Below are positions 36,591 through 47,277 of a stretch of DNA of 64,000 nt, piece after piece; the stretch's first letter is position 1, and each line of letters begins with the position of its first letter. The DNA lies in the NCBI GenBank assembly GCA_039810005.1, contig JBDHWD010000002.1, positions 28,433 through 92,432 of the forward strand, written 5' to 3'. The stretch is from Thermomicrobiales bacterium (GTDB lineage: Bacteria; Chloroflexota; Chloroflexia; Thermomicrobiales; CFX8). The notes under the pieces were generated by a model. The model saw only the letters and a program-made list of their open reading frames with translations. It made no database searches and was not told the origin of the DNA. The position numbers and the translations under genes are program-made.

Positions 36591-38405
36591 CTACTTCGCC
36601 GCCGGCTCTTCCTCAGGCATGACTACCTTAATATGGAGATCGTCAAGCTGTGCGGTGTCAACATTGCCCGGCGCATCGAACATCAGGTCACGCGCGGACT
36701 GGTTCTTCGGGAAGGCCATGACCTCGCGCAGGGTTGGTTCGGCGGCCAGGATCATCGCAATGCGGTCGATGCCTGGCGCGATCCCGCCATGTGGTGGCGC
36801 ACCGTACTCGAACGCTCGCAATAGGTGGCCGAAGCGCTCTACGATCTGCTCGTCCTCGTAACCCATCAGGGCGAAGATCTGACGCTGCAACTCACGCTGG
36901 TGAATACGAATCGAGCCACCGCCAACTTCAAAGCCATTTAGCACAATGTCATACGCTTTGGCCCGCACTGCGCCCGGGTCCGTCTCCAACAGCGGGATGT
37001 CCTCATCGAGCGGTGCAGTGAACGGGTGGTGCATGGCGTCCCAGCGCTGGCCATCTTCATCCCAGCCAAGCAGCGGGAAATCAACAACCCAGCAGAACGC
37101 AGCGACGGTCGGATCGGCCAGTCCTAGCTCATCGCCGAACCGTTCCCGGAGGCGGCCTAGAACATTTGCGGCTACCTCTGCGCGATCGGCAACGAAGAGG
37201 ATGAGATCGCCGATGCCGGCTCCGGTTGCGGCCGCGATCGCATCCAACTCCTCGGTCGAGAGGAACTTGGCAATCGGTGAGCGAACCGAGCGCTCTCCGT
37301 CGGCACCCGCCTCAAAGGCGATCCAGGCAAGACCCTTCGCGCCAAACTTCCGCGAGAACTCCGTCAGCTCGTCAACCTGCTTGCGGGTCACATCTGCTTT
37401 GCCCGGCACCGCAATCGCGCGGACCACGCCGCCTGAGTCGACCGCGCCACGGAAGACGCCGAACTCTGATCGTGCGACGACGTCGGAAACGTCAGCGATC
37501 TCCAGTCGGTAGCGCAGGTCAGGCTTGTCCGTGCCAAAGCGGCGCATCGCGTCGTCGTAGGTCAGGCGCGGGAATGTCGATTCCTGCAACGTCATATCAG
37601 TCAGGCCAACAAGCTCGATGAACAGGCCCTCGGTCAGCTGCATGATCTGCTCCATGTCGACAAACGACATTTCGAGATCGAGCTGCGTGAACTCCGGCTG
37701 ACGATCGGCGCGCTGATCCTCATCGCGAAAGCAGCGGGCGATCTGGTAGTAGCGATCCATGCCGGCGACCATCAGCAGCTGCTTCATCTGCTGTGGGGAT
37801 TGCGGCAGCGCATAGAACTGCCCCGCGTAGAGTCGGCTTGGCACAAGATAGTCGCGCGCGCCCTCGGGTGTGCTCTTGATCAGGATCGGCGTCTCGATCT
37901 CAATGAAGTCACGCGCATCCAGATACTCGCGGATCTTCTTAACAATTCGGTGCCGCAGAATGAGATTGTGCTGCATCTTCGGGCGGCGGAGGTCGAGGTA
38001 GCGATACTCGAGTCGCAGCGACTCATCGACGTCCGAGTGATCCGTGATCTCAAATGGCGTCGTCTTCGCGGCATTGAGGATTACCAGATCGGACACGATC
38101 ACTTCGATATCGCCGGTGGCCATGTTCGGATTGCGCGTGCCTTCCGGGCGCAACTGGACGGTGCCGCTCACTTCAACGACGAACTCGGACCGGACCTGCT
38201 CAGCGACACGGTGCGCGACCGGCGAATCCTCCGGGTTGCAGACCACCTGAGTGAGCCCATAGCGATCACGAATGTCGAGGAAGATGAGGCCGCCGTGATC
38301 GCGGCGCCGGTTGACCCAGCCCTTCACCGTCACGGTTCTGCCGGCATCGTCGGCGCGAAGCTCGCCACAGGTGCTATATGGTCGCAACTTGTCGATGGTC
38401 GTCAT
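36591..38405 (-). CDS. aspS: Aspartate--tRNA ligase
   Basis: 604 aa with an N-terminal OB fold ([19 protein letters not shown]) and class II motifs ([18 protein letters not shown]; GGGSIRIH). Confidence 0.95.
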   Translation of the reverse strand: MTTIDKLRPYSTCGELRADDAGRTVTVKGWVNRRRDHGGLIFLDIRDRYGLTQVVCNPEDSPVAHRVAEQVRSEFVVEVSGTVQLRPEGTRNPNMATGDIEVIVSDLVILNAAKTTPFEITDHSDVDESLRLEYRYLDLRRPKMQHNLILRHRIVKKIREYLDARDFIEIETPILIKSTPEGARDYLVPSRLYAGQFYALPQSPQQMKQLLMVAGMDRYYQIARCFRDEDQRADRQPEFTQLDLEMSFVDMEQIMQLTEGLFIELVGLTDMTLQESTFPRLTYDDAMRRFGTDKPDLRYRLEIADVSDVVARSEFGVFRGAVDSGGVVRAIAVPGKADVTRKQVDELTEFSRKFGAKGLAWIAFEAGADGERSVRSPIAKFLSTEELDAIAAATGAGIGDLILFVADRAEVAANVLGRLRERFGDELGLADPTVAAFCWVVDFPLLGWDEDGQRWDAMHHPFTAPLDEDIPLLETDPGAVRAKAYDIVLNGFEVGGGSIRIHQRELQRQIFALMGYEDEQIVERFGHLLRAFEYGAPPHGGIAPGIDRIAMILAAEPTLREVMAFPKNQSARDLMFDAPGNVDTAQLDDLHIKVVMPEEEPAAK

Positions 38406-39391
38406 GCGTTCGTTGAACCTCCCCCAACGGTTGATTGTTGCTCCTGCTGCTTTACACGATTCCAGATTTTGAGGACTTCATCAGGTGATGCGGCCTGCTC
38501 GCTTCCGAACACATGCGGATGACGACGGACGAGCTTCTCACTTAACGCCTGCACGGCGTCCTCAAAGGTGAACAGTCCATGTTCCTCGGCGATCTGCGCC
38601 ACCATAAGCACGTTGCCGAGGATGTCGCCGAGCTCTTCGGCGGCGTTCGGCGCGTCATTGTTCGCCAGCGCCTGCCGCAGCTCCTCAACTTCTTCATTCA
38701 CGTATTCGAGCGTCGTCGACTCGGTTTGCTCGCGATCCCACGGGCAACCGTCCGGCCGCCGCAGGCGAGCGTAGATCTGGCGAAGTCCGGTGATTGATGC
38801 CGACGCCTCGGCATGCTGCGCTTTCGGGATGACGATGTAACCGTCGGCTGACTCCGTTGGCAGGTCGGTCACCCCGAGCCGCGCTGCAAGCACCGATGTG
38901 GCCGCGGCGATGACGCCCGCGCCGCACCAGTTCGTGACAACGGTCGTCGCGCCGCTATCCAGGGCGAGCAGGCCGGCATCGAATGGCGCGATGGCCCGAG
39001 CTTCTGCCAGCGCGAGCGCATCAACGATGGTTGTTGGTCCGGCAATGGGCGGCAGGTCGCCGCCAACGGACACGATCGATGCCGACGAAGCCAGATGCTC
39101 GACGACAGTGTCTCCAATGGCACCAAACGCACCTGTCAGATAGATGATGCGTTCAACATCGCTATCGCGAGCCAATGCGATCATATCGTCTGCGATGCGT
39201 GCTGCCGTACCTGCAGTGATCGCGCCGTCGAGTACGCCGTCGTACGTCTTGACCATCAGGCCTTTAGCGACGGCGCCGACCGGAATCATCGCAGCGCAAC
39301 GCGCAATCAGCAGCGACGATACAGGCATGGCCTCCTGCCAGGCGCGGTCATCACGCGATCGGGCGGCGCGCACCGCGACGGTGAGGGTCAT
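38402..39391 (-). CDS. MazG-domain nucleotide pyrophosphohydrolase with N-terminal YabN-like (methylase-fold-like) domain
   Basis: The C-terminus reads CPWDREQT...EEVEEL...[11 protein letters not shown]...[10 protein letters not shown], a single MazG domain. The roughly 200-aa N-terminal Ala/Gly-rich domain is only tentatively assigned. Confidence 0.7.
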   Translation of the reverse strand: MTLTVAVRAARSRDDRAWQEAMPVSSLLIARCAAMIPVGAVAKGLMVKTYDGVLDGAITAGTAARIADDMIALARDSDVERIIYLTGAFGAIGDTVVEHLASSASIVSVGGDLPPIAGPTTIVDALALAEARAIAPFDAGLLALDSGATTVVTNWCGAGVIAAATSVLAARLGVTDLPTESADGYIVIPKAQHAEASASITGLRQIYARLRRPDGCPWDREQTESTTLEYVNEEVEELRQALANNDAPNAAEELGDILGNVLMVAQIAEEHGLFTFEDAVQALSEKLVRRHPHVFGSEQAASPDEVLKIWNRVKQQEQQSTVGGGSTNA

Positions 39392-41214
39392 CCTGCGCGC
39401 TCCGCGCCCCGCTCGTCCCCGAGGCTCAGGACGGCCATGAAAGCTTCCTGAGGGATCTCAACATTGCCGACCATCTTCATGCGCGCCTTGCCCTCCTTCT
39501 GCTTCTCCAGCAGCTTGCGCTTGCGCGTGATGTCGCCGCCGTAGCACTTGGAGAGGACGTTCTTGCGCATGGCCTTGATCGTCTCACGCGATATTACGCG
39601 GCTGCCAATTGCAGCTTGAATCGGCACCTCAAACATCTGCCGCGGAATCAACTGCTTGAGCTGCGAGACAAGCGCTCGACCGCGTGAGTACGCATCCTCG
39701 CGGTGTGTAATTAGCGAAAGCGCATCAACCGGAATGCCGTTGACCAGCACGTCGAGCTTGACCAGATCAGCCGCTCGCATGCTGTGGAACTGATAGTCGA
39801 GCGATGCATAGCCCTGCGTGCGCGACTTTAGCTGATCGTAGAAATCGACAATCAGCTCACCGAGTGGCATGCCGAACTTGATCGAAACGCGCTCTTCGTC
39901 GAGGTAATCCATCGTGTCGAACGTGCCGTGGCGGGTCGTCACCAGCTCCATGATCGTGCCGATGTAGCGCGACGGCGCAATGATCGTCAGGTCCATCCAC
40001 GGCTCGCGGATCTCGGCAATCTCTCCGGACGGCGGCATGTCGGACGGATTATCGACGTGCAGAACGTCGCCGTTGATCTTGCTGACCTCATACTCGACAC
40101 TCGGCGCGGTAGCCAGCAGGTCCAGACCGTACTCACGCTCCAGGCGTTCCTGCACGATCTCCATATGCAGCAGCCCGAGGAAGCCGCAGCGAAAGCCGAA
40201 ACCGAGCGCATCCGACGACTCGGGCTCAAATACAAGCGCCGCATCGTTCAGCTTCAGGCGCTCCAGCGCGTCGCGGAGCTCAGGGTAGTCCTCGCTGTTG
40301 ACTGGATAGAAGCCGGCAAAGACCATCGGCTTGGCAGGCCGATAGCCGGCCAGCGGCTCAGAGGCCGGTCTTTGGGCGAGCGTGATCGTGTCGCCAACCT
40401 GGACATCGGCGACGTCTTTCAGGCCGGTCGCAACATAGCCAACTTCACCAGTACGCAGCCCGCCGATCGGAGTCATGCTGGGCCGGAAGACGCCGGTCTC
40501 CAGAATCTCAGCCTGTTTGCCGGTCGCCATCAAGCGGATGCGCGAATCGGCCGGCAGCACACCGTCCACGATCTTCACGTAGGCAATGACGCCCTTGTAG
40601 GCGTCGTAGTGCGAATCGAAGATCAAGGCGCGCAGCGGCGCATCGGCATCGCCGCCCGGCGGTGGGACGTGCGCGACAATCGCTTCAAGGATCTCCGGCA
40701 CGCCGATTCCCGATTTCGCTGATGCTGGAATGATCTCGGACGGCAGCAGACCGATAAGATCGCCGACCTCCTCCGCGACGCGTTCGGGCTGCGCGTTCGG
40801 CAGATCGATCTTGTTGATGACTGCGATCATCGCCAGGTCATGCTCAAGCGCGAGATAGACATTCGCCAGCGTCTGCGCCTCGATACCTTGCGCTGCGTCG
40901 ACGACCAGCAGCGCGCCCTCGCAGGCCGCGAGCGTGCGGCTGACCTCGTAGGTGAAGTCGACGTGCCCAGGTGTATCGATCAGGTTCAGCTCGTAGACTT
41001 CGCCGTCGCTCGCCTTGTAGCTCATGCGGACGGCGCGGGCCTTGATTGTGATGCCCTTCTCGCGCTCAAGATCCATCGAGTCGAGAATCTGCTCGACCAT
41101 CTCACGCTGAGTCACCGTGCCGGTTTGCTCCAGCAGTCGGTCGGCGAGCGTCGATTTTCCATGATCGATATGGGCGATGATGCCGAAATTGCGAATACGT
41201 TGTCGATCGTCCAT
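39388..41214 (-). CDS. lepA: Elongation factor 4 (LepA)
   Basis: [28 protein letters not shown] and NKIDL, plus the LepA-specific C-terminal domain. ATG 41214 ([10 protein letters not shown]). Confidence 0.95.
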   Translation of the reverse strand: MDDRQRIRNFGIIAHIDHGKSTLADRLLEQTGTVTQREMVEQILDSMDLEREKGITIKARAVRMSYKASDGEVYELNLIDTPGHVDFTYEVSRTLAACEGALLVVDAAQGIEAQTLANVYLALEHDLAMIAVINKIDLPNAQPERVAEEVGDLIGLLPSEIIPASAKSGIGVPEILEAIVAHVPPPGGDADAPLRALIFDSHYDAYKGVIAYVKIVDGVLPADSRIRLMATGKQAEILETGVFRPSMTPIGGLRTGEVGYVATGLKDVADVQVGDTITLAQRPASEPLAGYRPAKPMVFAGFYPVNSEDYPELRDALERLKLNDAALVFEPESSDALGFGFRCGFLGLLHMEIVQERLEREYGLDLLATAPSVEYEVSKINGDVLHVDNPSDMPPSGEIAEIREPWMDLTIIAPSRYIGTIMELVTTRHGTFDTMDYLDEERVSIKFGMPLGELIVDFYDQLKSRTQGYASLDYQFHSMRAADLVKLDVLVNGIPVDALSLITHREDAYSRGRALVSQLKQLIPRQMFEVPIQAAIGSRVISRETIKAMRKNVLSKCYGGDITRKRKLLEKQKEGKARMKMVGNVEIPQEAFMAVLSLGDERGAERAG

Positions 41215-41360
41215 CAGGTCGCGGAATTCCTCTCGCCGTGCGGTGTTGGTGGTCGACTGCCCAACAATCAAGTATACCGAGCAGGCGGCTCGTTACGTTG
41301 ACCGGGTTCATACGCCGGTTGTGGCTTGTAAATCCCGAATCGGCTATAATCCTGTGGTTC

Positions 41361-41393
41361 GCTCGCCCAAGTGTTGGGCGTGCTTTCTGTGTT
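41361..41393 (+). promoter_or_regulatory. Terminator-like hairpin in the rpsT 5' leader
   Basis: GC-T-CGCCCAA GTG TTGGGCG-T-GC stem at 41361-41383, followed by TTTCTGTGTT. It lies between TATAAT (41345-41350) and the rpsT start at 41431. Confidence 0.35.
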
Positions 41394-41430
41394 CACGATC
41401 ATGCTGTCATACAGACAGAGGGGGCTGAGG

Positions 41431-41703
41431 TTGACGAACAGCAAGTCTGCTGCGAAGCGCGTACGGGTGGCTGAGCGCCGTCGAATTCGCAATCGTGTGT
41501 ATCGCTCGGCGTCGCGCACACTTGTCCGCAAGGCGGAAGAGGCCATCGCGGCTGCTGAGCAGGAGGCCGCAAACGGAGCGGTTCTGAAGGCTCAGGCTAT
41601 GCTGGATCGTGCGGCCTCGAAGGGCATCATCCATCCGAACAATGCCGCCCGACGCAAGTCCCGCCTGATGGCCAAGTACAACAAGATGGCGGCCGCGAGC
41701 TAA
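41431..41703 (+). CDS. rpsT: 30S ribosomal protein S20
   Basis: TNSKSAAKRVRVAERRRIRNRVYRS...KGIIHPNNAARRKSRL. I prefer the TTG start at 41431, preceded by AGAGGGGGCTGAGG. Confidence 0.85.
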   Translation: MTNSKSAAKRVRVAERRRIRNRVYRSASRTLVRKAEEAIAAAEQEAANGAVLKAQAMLDRAASKGIIHPNNAARRKSRLMAKYNKMAAAS

Positions 41704-42749
41704 CTCGCACGCCGTCTTGGACCCGCGCCAACTCTGATAGCCTCGGCGATCTGTGCCACCAGTGGCACGATGATCGTCGAGGCTGTTTCGTGCCCGGCCT
41801 TGATCGACGCATCAGCCTGACGCAGCAAATCTGCCACGCGCTTATTGGCTGTCTCCGTTGGCACGCCTGCACGGGCAGAGCCACTCAGGCGCTGGGGCGT
41901 AATACCAGCCGCGCCAGCGAGTGCCGGCGCACCAACAGCGCGTGAGTATCGCAGGATCGACTTCACCACCGCTTCGTACGCCAGGCTCCCCAGAATTTTC
42001 TCTGCTGCCTCACCAGCCTCAAGCATCCGCTCCAGCTCCCGTAACGCTTCATCAACCTGACCCGTGAACGCGACGTTGGTCAGGTAGAAGGCAGTAAAAC
42101 CGCCGCGATCCTCAACCAGCTGATCGACCAGGTCAGCGTCGATGACCGTGTCGGCAGCCGTCACCAGCTTGTCGATCTCGGTGGCGATCAGGCGGGTGTC
42201 AGGTGTCGGACCACTGTTGCGGCCACCGGCTTTTTGCCAGCTGCCGGGATAGAGCAGATTCAGGAGATGTTGCGCCGCCTGCGATTGAATCTCAAACCCT
42301 TGCGCTCGTACGCGATCCGAAATCCACGCGAGCAGCTCACCGCCGCGAGGAACGATATACGCCTGTTCGCGCCAGCCAAGTGCTTTGATCGCCTTGCGCA
42401 TGTAGTGATTTGGCGACAGCGAGCCGCTATGACGGAGGACGATTTCAGTCGTTGGTGGGCTCGCCTTCAGCAATGCGTGCAACTCGCGCCATGGTACGCG
42501 GCCAACTGCCTCTTCGTCGGTGTCAGTATCTCCGCCGCGCTTGGGAGGTGCGATGGGCTGGCGCAGGATGACAACGCGCTGGCCCCCGAAAAACGGCGCG
42601 GCCTGGCAGGCGCTGGCGATATCCGCCGCGCTGGACGCCTGGACGTCGATTGTGACTGAGCTGAGCCCCTGAGGATCGAGCGAACGACGTATTTCGGCAA
42701 TACGCTCGTCGATCAGCAATTCGTCGTCGCCGTATATGAGTGTGCTCAT
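41700..42749 (-). CDS. holA: DNA polymerase III subunit delta
   Basis: 349 aa beginning LIYGDDELLIDE and of HolA-like length. Convergent with rpsT, as in Firmicutes. Confidence 0.75.
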   Translation of the reverse strand: MSTLIYGDDELLIDERIAEIRRSLDPQGLSSVTIDVQASSAADIASACQAAPFFGGQRVVILRQPIAPPKRGGDTDTDEEAVGRVPWRELHALLKASPPTTEIVLRHSGSLSPNHYMRKAIKALGWREQAYIVPRGGELLAWISDRVRAQGFEIQSQAAQHLLNLLYPGSWQKAGGRNSGPTPDTRLIATEIDKLVTAADTVIDADLVDQLVEDRGGFTAFYLTNVAFTGQVDEALRELERMLEAGEAAEKILGSLAYEAVVKSILRYSRAVGAPALAGAAGITPQRLSGSARAGVPTETANKRVADLLRQADASIKAGHETASTIIVPLVAQIAEAIRVGAGPRRRAS

Positions 42750-42791
42750 TGCTGATCCCGGCCGTCACAGGTAGGTATTAGACAAAGGGAT

Positions 42792-42948
42792 GGGCGAAGC
42801 GCGCTGCACCAGGAGGGCTAGTTTCGAGCCTGCATCTGCAGGTGGGAGTCCGGAGGAGCGATTCCTGGGAACCGACCAACGACGCCCGAAAACTAGTGAT
42901 GTTGGCTCGAAACGCTGTATCCACCTGGCCGCGTTAATCGCCTCGCCC
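42792..42948 (-). ncRNA. Candidate rod-shaped structured RNA (6S-like architecture), or a structured holA leader
   Basis: Nested helices: 42792-42801/42939-42948 (10 bp, one G-U only when read on the minus strand); 42809-42813/42924-42928; 42821-42830/42904-42913 (10 bp, perfect); 42844-42850/42881-87 (7 positions, one mismatch). A 13 x 16 nt internal bubble lies between the last two. TGGTATACT (42964..42956) sits just upstream on the minus strand. Confidence 0.35.
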
Positions 42949-42955
42949 ACCTATC

Positions 42956-42998
42956 AGTATACCAGCGGTCAGTATGCGCCGAATTGGCGCTGATGCAA
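42956..42998 (-). promoter_or_regulatory. Tandem candidate promoters upstream of the structured element
   Basis: Minus strand: TTGCAT (42998..42993), N16, CATACT (42976..42971); then TTCGGC (42983..42978), N16, TATACT (42961..42956) with TG at the extended -10 position. Confidence 0.4.
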
Positions 42999-43035
42999 GC
43001 GCGCTGACTACAATGCACCGACGGAAGGGGGGAAC

Positions 43036-43995
43036 GTGGTACGAATCACGGTAACACGCCGCATCGATCCCGACGCGCGGTCGGTGCTTGAGAATATTGG
43101 CGACGTCACGATGTGGGACAGCGACCTCCCTCCAGACCCTGAGCAGCTCGCTGCTATGCTCGCCGACTCGGACGCCGCGCTGACCCTGCTGACCGATCGG
43201 ATCGACGGCCCGTTGCTGGATCGCTGCCCGAACCTGAAGGTCGTCAGCAATCTTGCCGTCGGCTATGACAACATCGACGTGCCTGCCTGCACAGCGCGGA
43301 ACGTCGCCGCCTGCACGACACCGAACGTGCTGACGCAGACGACCGCCGAGCTCGCCTTCACACTGCTTCTGGCGGTAGCACGGCAGATCATTCCGGCAGC
43401 CGACGCCGCGCGTAATGGCGACTGGAAGACCTGGTATCCGTTTCGCTTTCTCGGTCGCGATGTCGCTGGCCTGACCCTCGGCATTATTGGTCTCGGTCGC
43501 ATCGGGCTGGCGATGGCGAAGATGGGGCTGGCGTTCGGCCTGAACGTCATCTACACCGGAGGACAGTCAAACAACGAGTTCCGCGAAGTCTCGCTCGACG
43601 AGCTGCTGCAGACGGCCGACATCGTCTCGCTCCACGTTCCGGCGACACCAGCGACGCATCACCTGATCGGGCGTCGCGAACTGGCAATCATGAAACCGGA
43701 CGCGATGCTCATTAACACTGCACGCGGCCCGGTCGTCGATACCGATGCGCTGGTCGCGGCATTGCATGAGGGCCGTCTGTTCGGCGTCGGACTCGACGTG
43801 ACGGACCCGGAGCCGCTGCCCGCCGATCATCCGCTCTACACGTTCGAGCGGGTTACGATCCTGCCGCATATAGCCAGCGCGAGCGAAGCGACGCGTCTGC
43901 AGATGTCGGACCTCGCAGCGAAAAATATCGTCGCAGTGCTTGAGGGCTCCGAGCCGCCGCACTGTCTGAACCCGGAGGTACTCGCCGATGCCTGA
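43036..43995 (+). CDS. D-2-hydroxyacid dehydrogenase (glyoxylate/hydroxypyruvate reductase-like)
   Basis: GIIGLGRIGLAMA NAD-binding motif, NTARGPVVD and ILPHIASAS. GTG start after GGAAGGGGGG. Confidence 0.85.
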   Translation: MVRITVTRRIDPDARSVLENIGDVTMWDSDLPPDPEQLAAMLADSDAALTLLTDRIDGPLLDRCPNLKVVSNLAVGYDNIDVPACTARNVAACTTPNVLTQTTAELAFTLLLAVARQIIPAADAARNGDWKTWYPFRFLGRDVAGLTLGIIGLGRIGLAMAKMGLAFGLNVIYTGGQSNNEFREVSLDELLQTADIVSLHVPATPATHHLIGRRELAIMKPDAMLINTARGPVVDTDALVAALHEGRLFGVGLDVTDPEPLPADHPLYTFERVTILPHIASASEATRLQMSDLAAKNIVAVLEGSEPPHCLNPEVLADA

Positions 43996-45244
43996 TCGCA
44001 GCGAGGGCGAAACAGTTGTCATAACCGGCGTCGGATGCGTGTCGCCGGTCGGCGTCGGCGCAGGCACGTCGTGGCAAGCGATCCTGGCCGGCAAGGGCGG
44101 CGTCGTTGAGATCGATCGCTTCGACGCCAGTAGCTTTCCTGTGCGTATAGCCGCACAGGTGCCGGGGTTCAACGGCGCAGACTGGCTATCAGCGAAGGAA
44201 GCGCGTCGAACAGACCGATTCATCCAGTTCGCAGTCGCGGCAACGGACGAAGCGGTGGCGCATGCCGGTCTCAAAATCACGCCAGAGATCAGCGCTAGGG
44301 TCGGCGTCGTCATCGGGTCGGCGATGGGCGGCATGGAGACGATCGATTCGGGGTTTACAACACTCGCCACCAAAGGGCCTAGCCGGGTCAGCCCGTTCTT
44401 TGTACCGATGATGCTGGCCGATATGGCGTCCGGGATCGTCTCGATTCGCCTCGGGGCGCGCGGCGTCAATCTGGCGACGGTTAGCGCCTGCGCCAGTGGC
44501 GCGCACGCCATCGGCGAAGCGGCCGCGATGATCGCACGCGGCGACGTGGATGTCGTCGTCGCCGGAGGATCGGAGGCTGCCATCACTCCAGCCGGAGTTG
44601 CCGGTTTCGCAGCCGCCGGCGCGTTATCAACTCGCAACGATGACCCGACCCACGCGAGCCGTCCGTTCGACCGCGAGCGCGACGGTTTCGTCCTGGGTGA
44701 GGGTGCCGGGATCGTCATTCTTGAATCCCTGCGCTTTGCGCGTCAGCGCGGCGCAACGATCCTGGCCGCGGTGACTGGCTACGGCGCAACCGCTGACGCC
44801 TCACACATCGTCCAGCCGGGCCCAGATGGCGAAGGGGCCGCGCGGGCAATGACTCTGGCCCTCACCCGCGCGGGGCTGTGCGCGGCAGACATCTCCTACA
44901 TCAACACGCACGGCACCTCGACGAAGTTGAACGACGCATTCGAGACGCGCTCGATCCGCACCGTCTTTGGCGCGGACGCGCCGCCGGCCTCTTCGACGAA
45001 GGGGGCGACTGGCCATCTGCTCGGCGCTGCCGGGGCGGTCGAAGCCGTCTTCTCGGTCCTCGCTCTGCAATCGCAGACGATGCCGCCAACAATCAACTAC
45101 GAAGTGCCCGACCCGGACTGTGACCTCGATTGCGTACCAAATACCGCCCGGCAAGCGCCGCTGGCTCACATCGTGAGCAATTCCCTGGGTTTTGGCGGAC
45201 ATAACGTTTCGCTCGTTTTCAGCGCGCCGGACGCGCGCTCGTAG
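43988..45244 (+). CDS. fabF: Beta-ketoacyl-ACP synthase II
   Basis: VVITGVGCVSPVG, the SACASG active-site Cys, NTHGTSTKLND and KGATGHLLGAAG. Confidence 0.9.
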   Translation: MPDRSEGETVVITGVGCVSPVGVGAGTSWQAILAGKGGVVEIDRFDASSFPVRIAAQVPGFNGADWLSAKEARRTDRFIQFAVAATDEAVAHAGLKITPEISARVGVVIGSAMGGMETIDSGFTTLATKGPSRVSPFFVPMMLADMASGIVSIRLGARGVNLATVSACASGAHAIGEAAAMIARGDVDVVVAGGSEAAITPAGVAGFAAAGALSTRNDDPTHASRPFDRERDGFVLGEGAGIVILESLRFARQRGATILAAVTGYGATADASHIVQPGPDGEGAARAMTLALTRAGLCAADISYINTHGTSTKLNDAFETRSIRTVFGADAPPASSTKGATGHLLGAAGAVEAVFSVLALQSQTMPPTINYEVPDPDCDLDCVPNTARQAPLAHIVSNSLGFGGHNVSLVFSAPDARS

Positions 45245-45257
45245 CGAAATACAACGA

Positions 45258-45296
45258 AAGCGGGCCGGTGGCGGAAGTTCGCCACCGGCCCGCTTT
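45258..45296. terminator. Bidirectional intrinsic terminator between fabF and rpoD
   Basis: AAAGCGGGCCGGTGGCG GAAGTT CGCCACCGGCCCGCTTT: a 16-17 bp stem flanked by A and T runs. Confidence 0.7.
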
Positions 45297-45310
45297 GCTT
45301 TCAGGTGAGC

Positions 45311-46507
<1,197 letters not shown>

Positions 46508-46688
46508 GCTCGAATGCCCCTCCCGCCCATGTTGCGCCAACTGCTACTGTAGCGATGAGGACGCTTCGGGCATGTTCGCGGGGTGCCGCCGGCTGGCGTT
46601 ATGAGAGGTCCCCAGAATGCCGGTCAATGTGCGAACACGAGTATCCTTGTCGTCCGTTGTGGATTCGCCTGTAGCTTGCCTTTTGCGG

Positions 46689-46717
46689 AGTATACGGCAG
46701 GTTTACCCATATTTCAA
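46689..46717 (-). promoter_or_regulatory. Candidate rpoD promoter (TTGAAA-N17-TATACT)
   Basis: Minus strand: -35 at 46717..46712, 17-nt spacer, -10 at 46694..46689. This implies a roughly 175-nt leader. Confidence 0.5.
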
Positions 46718-46779
46718 TACACAGCGGTGACGTCGCTCACGGCAGTTGTTGCCGATTCGGCTTGCAATGGAGGATTCAG

Positions 46780-47277
46780 GTGATCACCCTTGGCGTCGAC
46801 CCGGGGTCGGCTTTACTCGGATATGGGCTCGTGCGCGGCGAGGACGAGCCGGAACTCATAACCTACGGTGTGGTCGCCACGACGACTGCCGAGACGACGG
46901 CAGAGCGCCTTGTCCGCGTCTACGATGCTGTCTGGCAACTGATTCGCGACCACGCGCCAGACGTTCTCGCAATCGAGCAGCTCTTCTTCGCGCGCAACGT
47001 GACGACTGCACTTGGTGTCGGGCAGGCCCGTGGCGTCGTGCTGCTTGCCGCTGCGCAGCACGGCATGCCGGTGTTCGAGTACAAACCGTCTGAGGTCAAG
47101 GAAGCGATATCAGGCTACGGGAAAGCGACGAAGCAGCAGATGCAGTACATGGTACAGATGCTGCTTCAGATGCCCGAAATTCCGACGCCCGACGACGCTG
47201 CCGACGCTTTGGCAGTCGCCATCTGCCACGTCCAGCGCAGCCGGTTCACCCGTCAGTACGGGATTGCCAACCGATGA
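46780..47277 (+). CDS. ruvC: Crossover junction endodeoxyribonuclease RuvC
   Basis: ITLGVDPGSALLGYG..., AIEQLFFARN and the C-terminal DAADALAVAICH. GTG 46780 lies 5 nt after GGAGGA. Confidence 0.9.
   Translation: MITLGVDPGSALLGYGLVRGEDEPELITYGVVATTTAETTAERLVRVYDAVWQLIRDHAPDVLAIEQLFFARNVTTALGVGQARGVVLLAAAQHGMPVFEYKPSEVKEAISGYGKATKQQMQYMVQMLLQMPEIPTPDDAADALAVAICHVQRSRFTRQYGIANR

Noticed and set aside
42840-42875. Possible SRP (4.5S) RNA: plus-strand GAGUCCGGAGGAGC resembles the SRP helix-8 GGUCCGGAAGGAAGC
   Set aside because: The GNRA-capped helix 8 with its symmetric and asymmetric loops cannot be reproduced; UCC-GGAG-GAG does not pair properly. The flanking conserved SRP nucleotides are missing, and the promoter evidence favours the opposite strand.
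42790-42993. 67-aa plus-strand ORF in the holA/ghrB intergenic region
   Set aside because: The RBS has no proper spacing (AAAGGG abuts the ATG). The product is Arg/Ser/Gly-rich with no features. The ORF coincides with the stacked helices of the candidate structured RNA, which explain the sequence better.
43567-44718. 383-aa minus-strand ORF overlapping the ghrB-like gene and fabF
   Set aside because: It is antisense to two strongly supported genes. Its composition is Ala/Pro/Arg/Ser-rich, typical of shadow ORFs.
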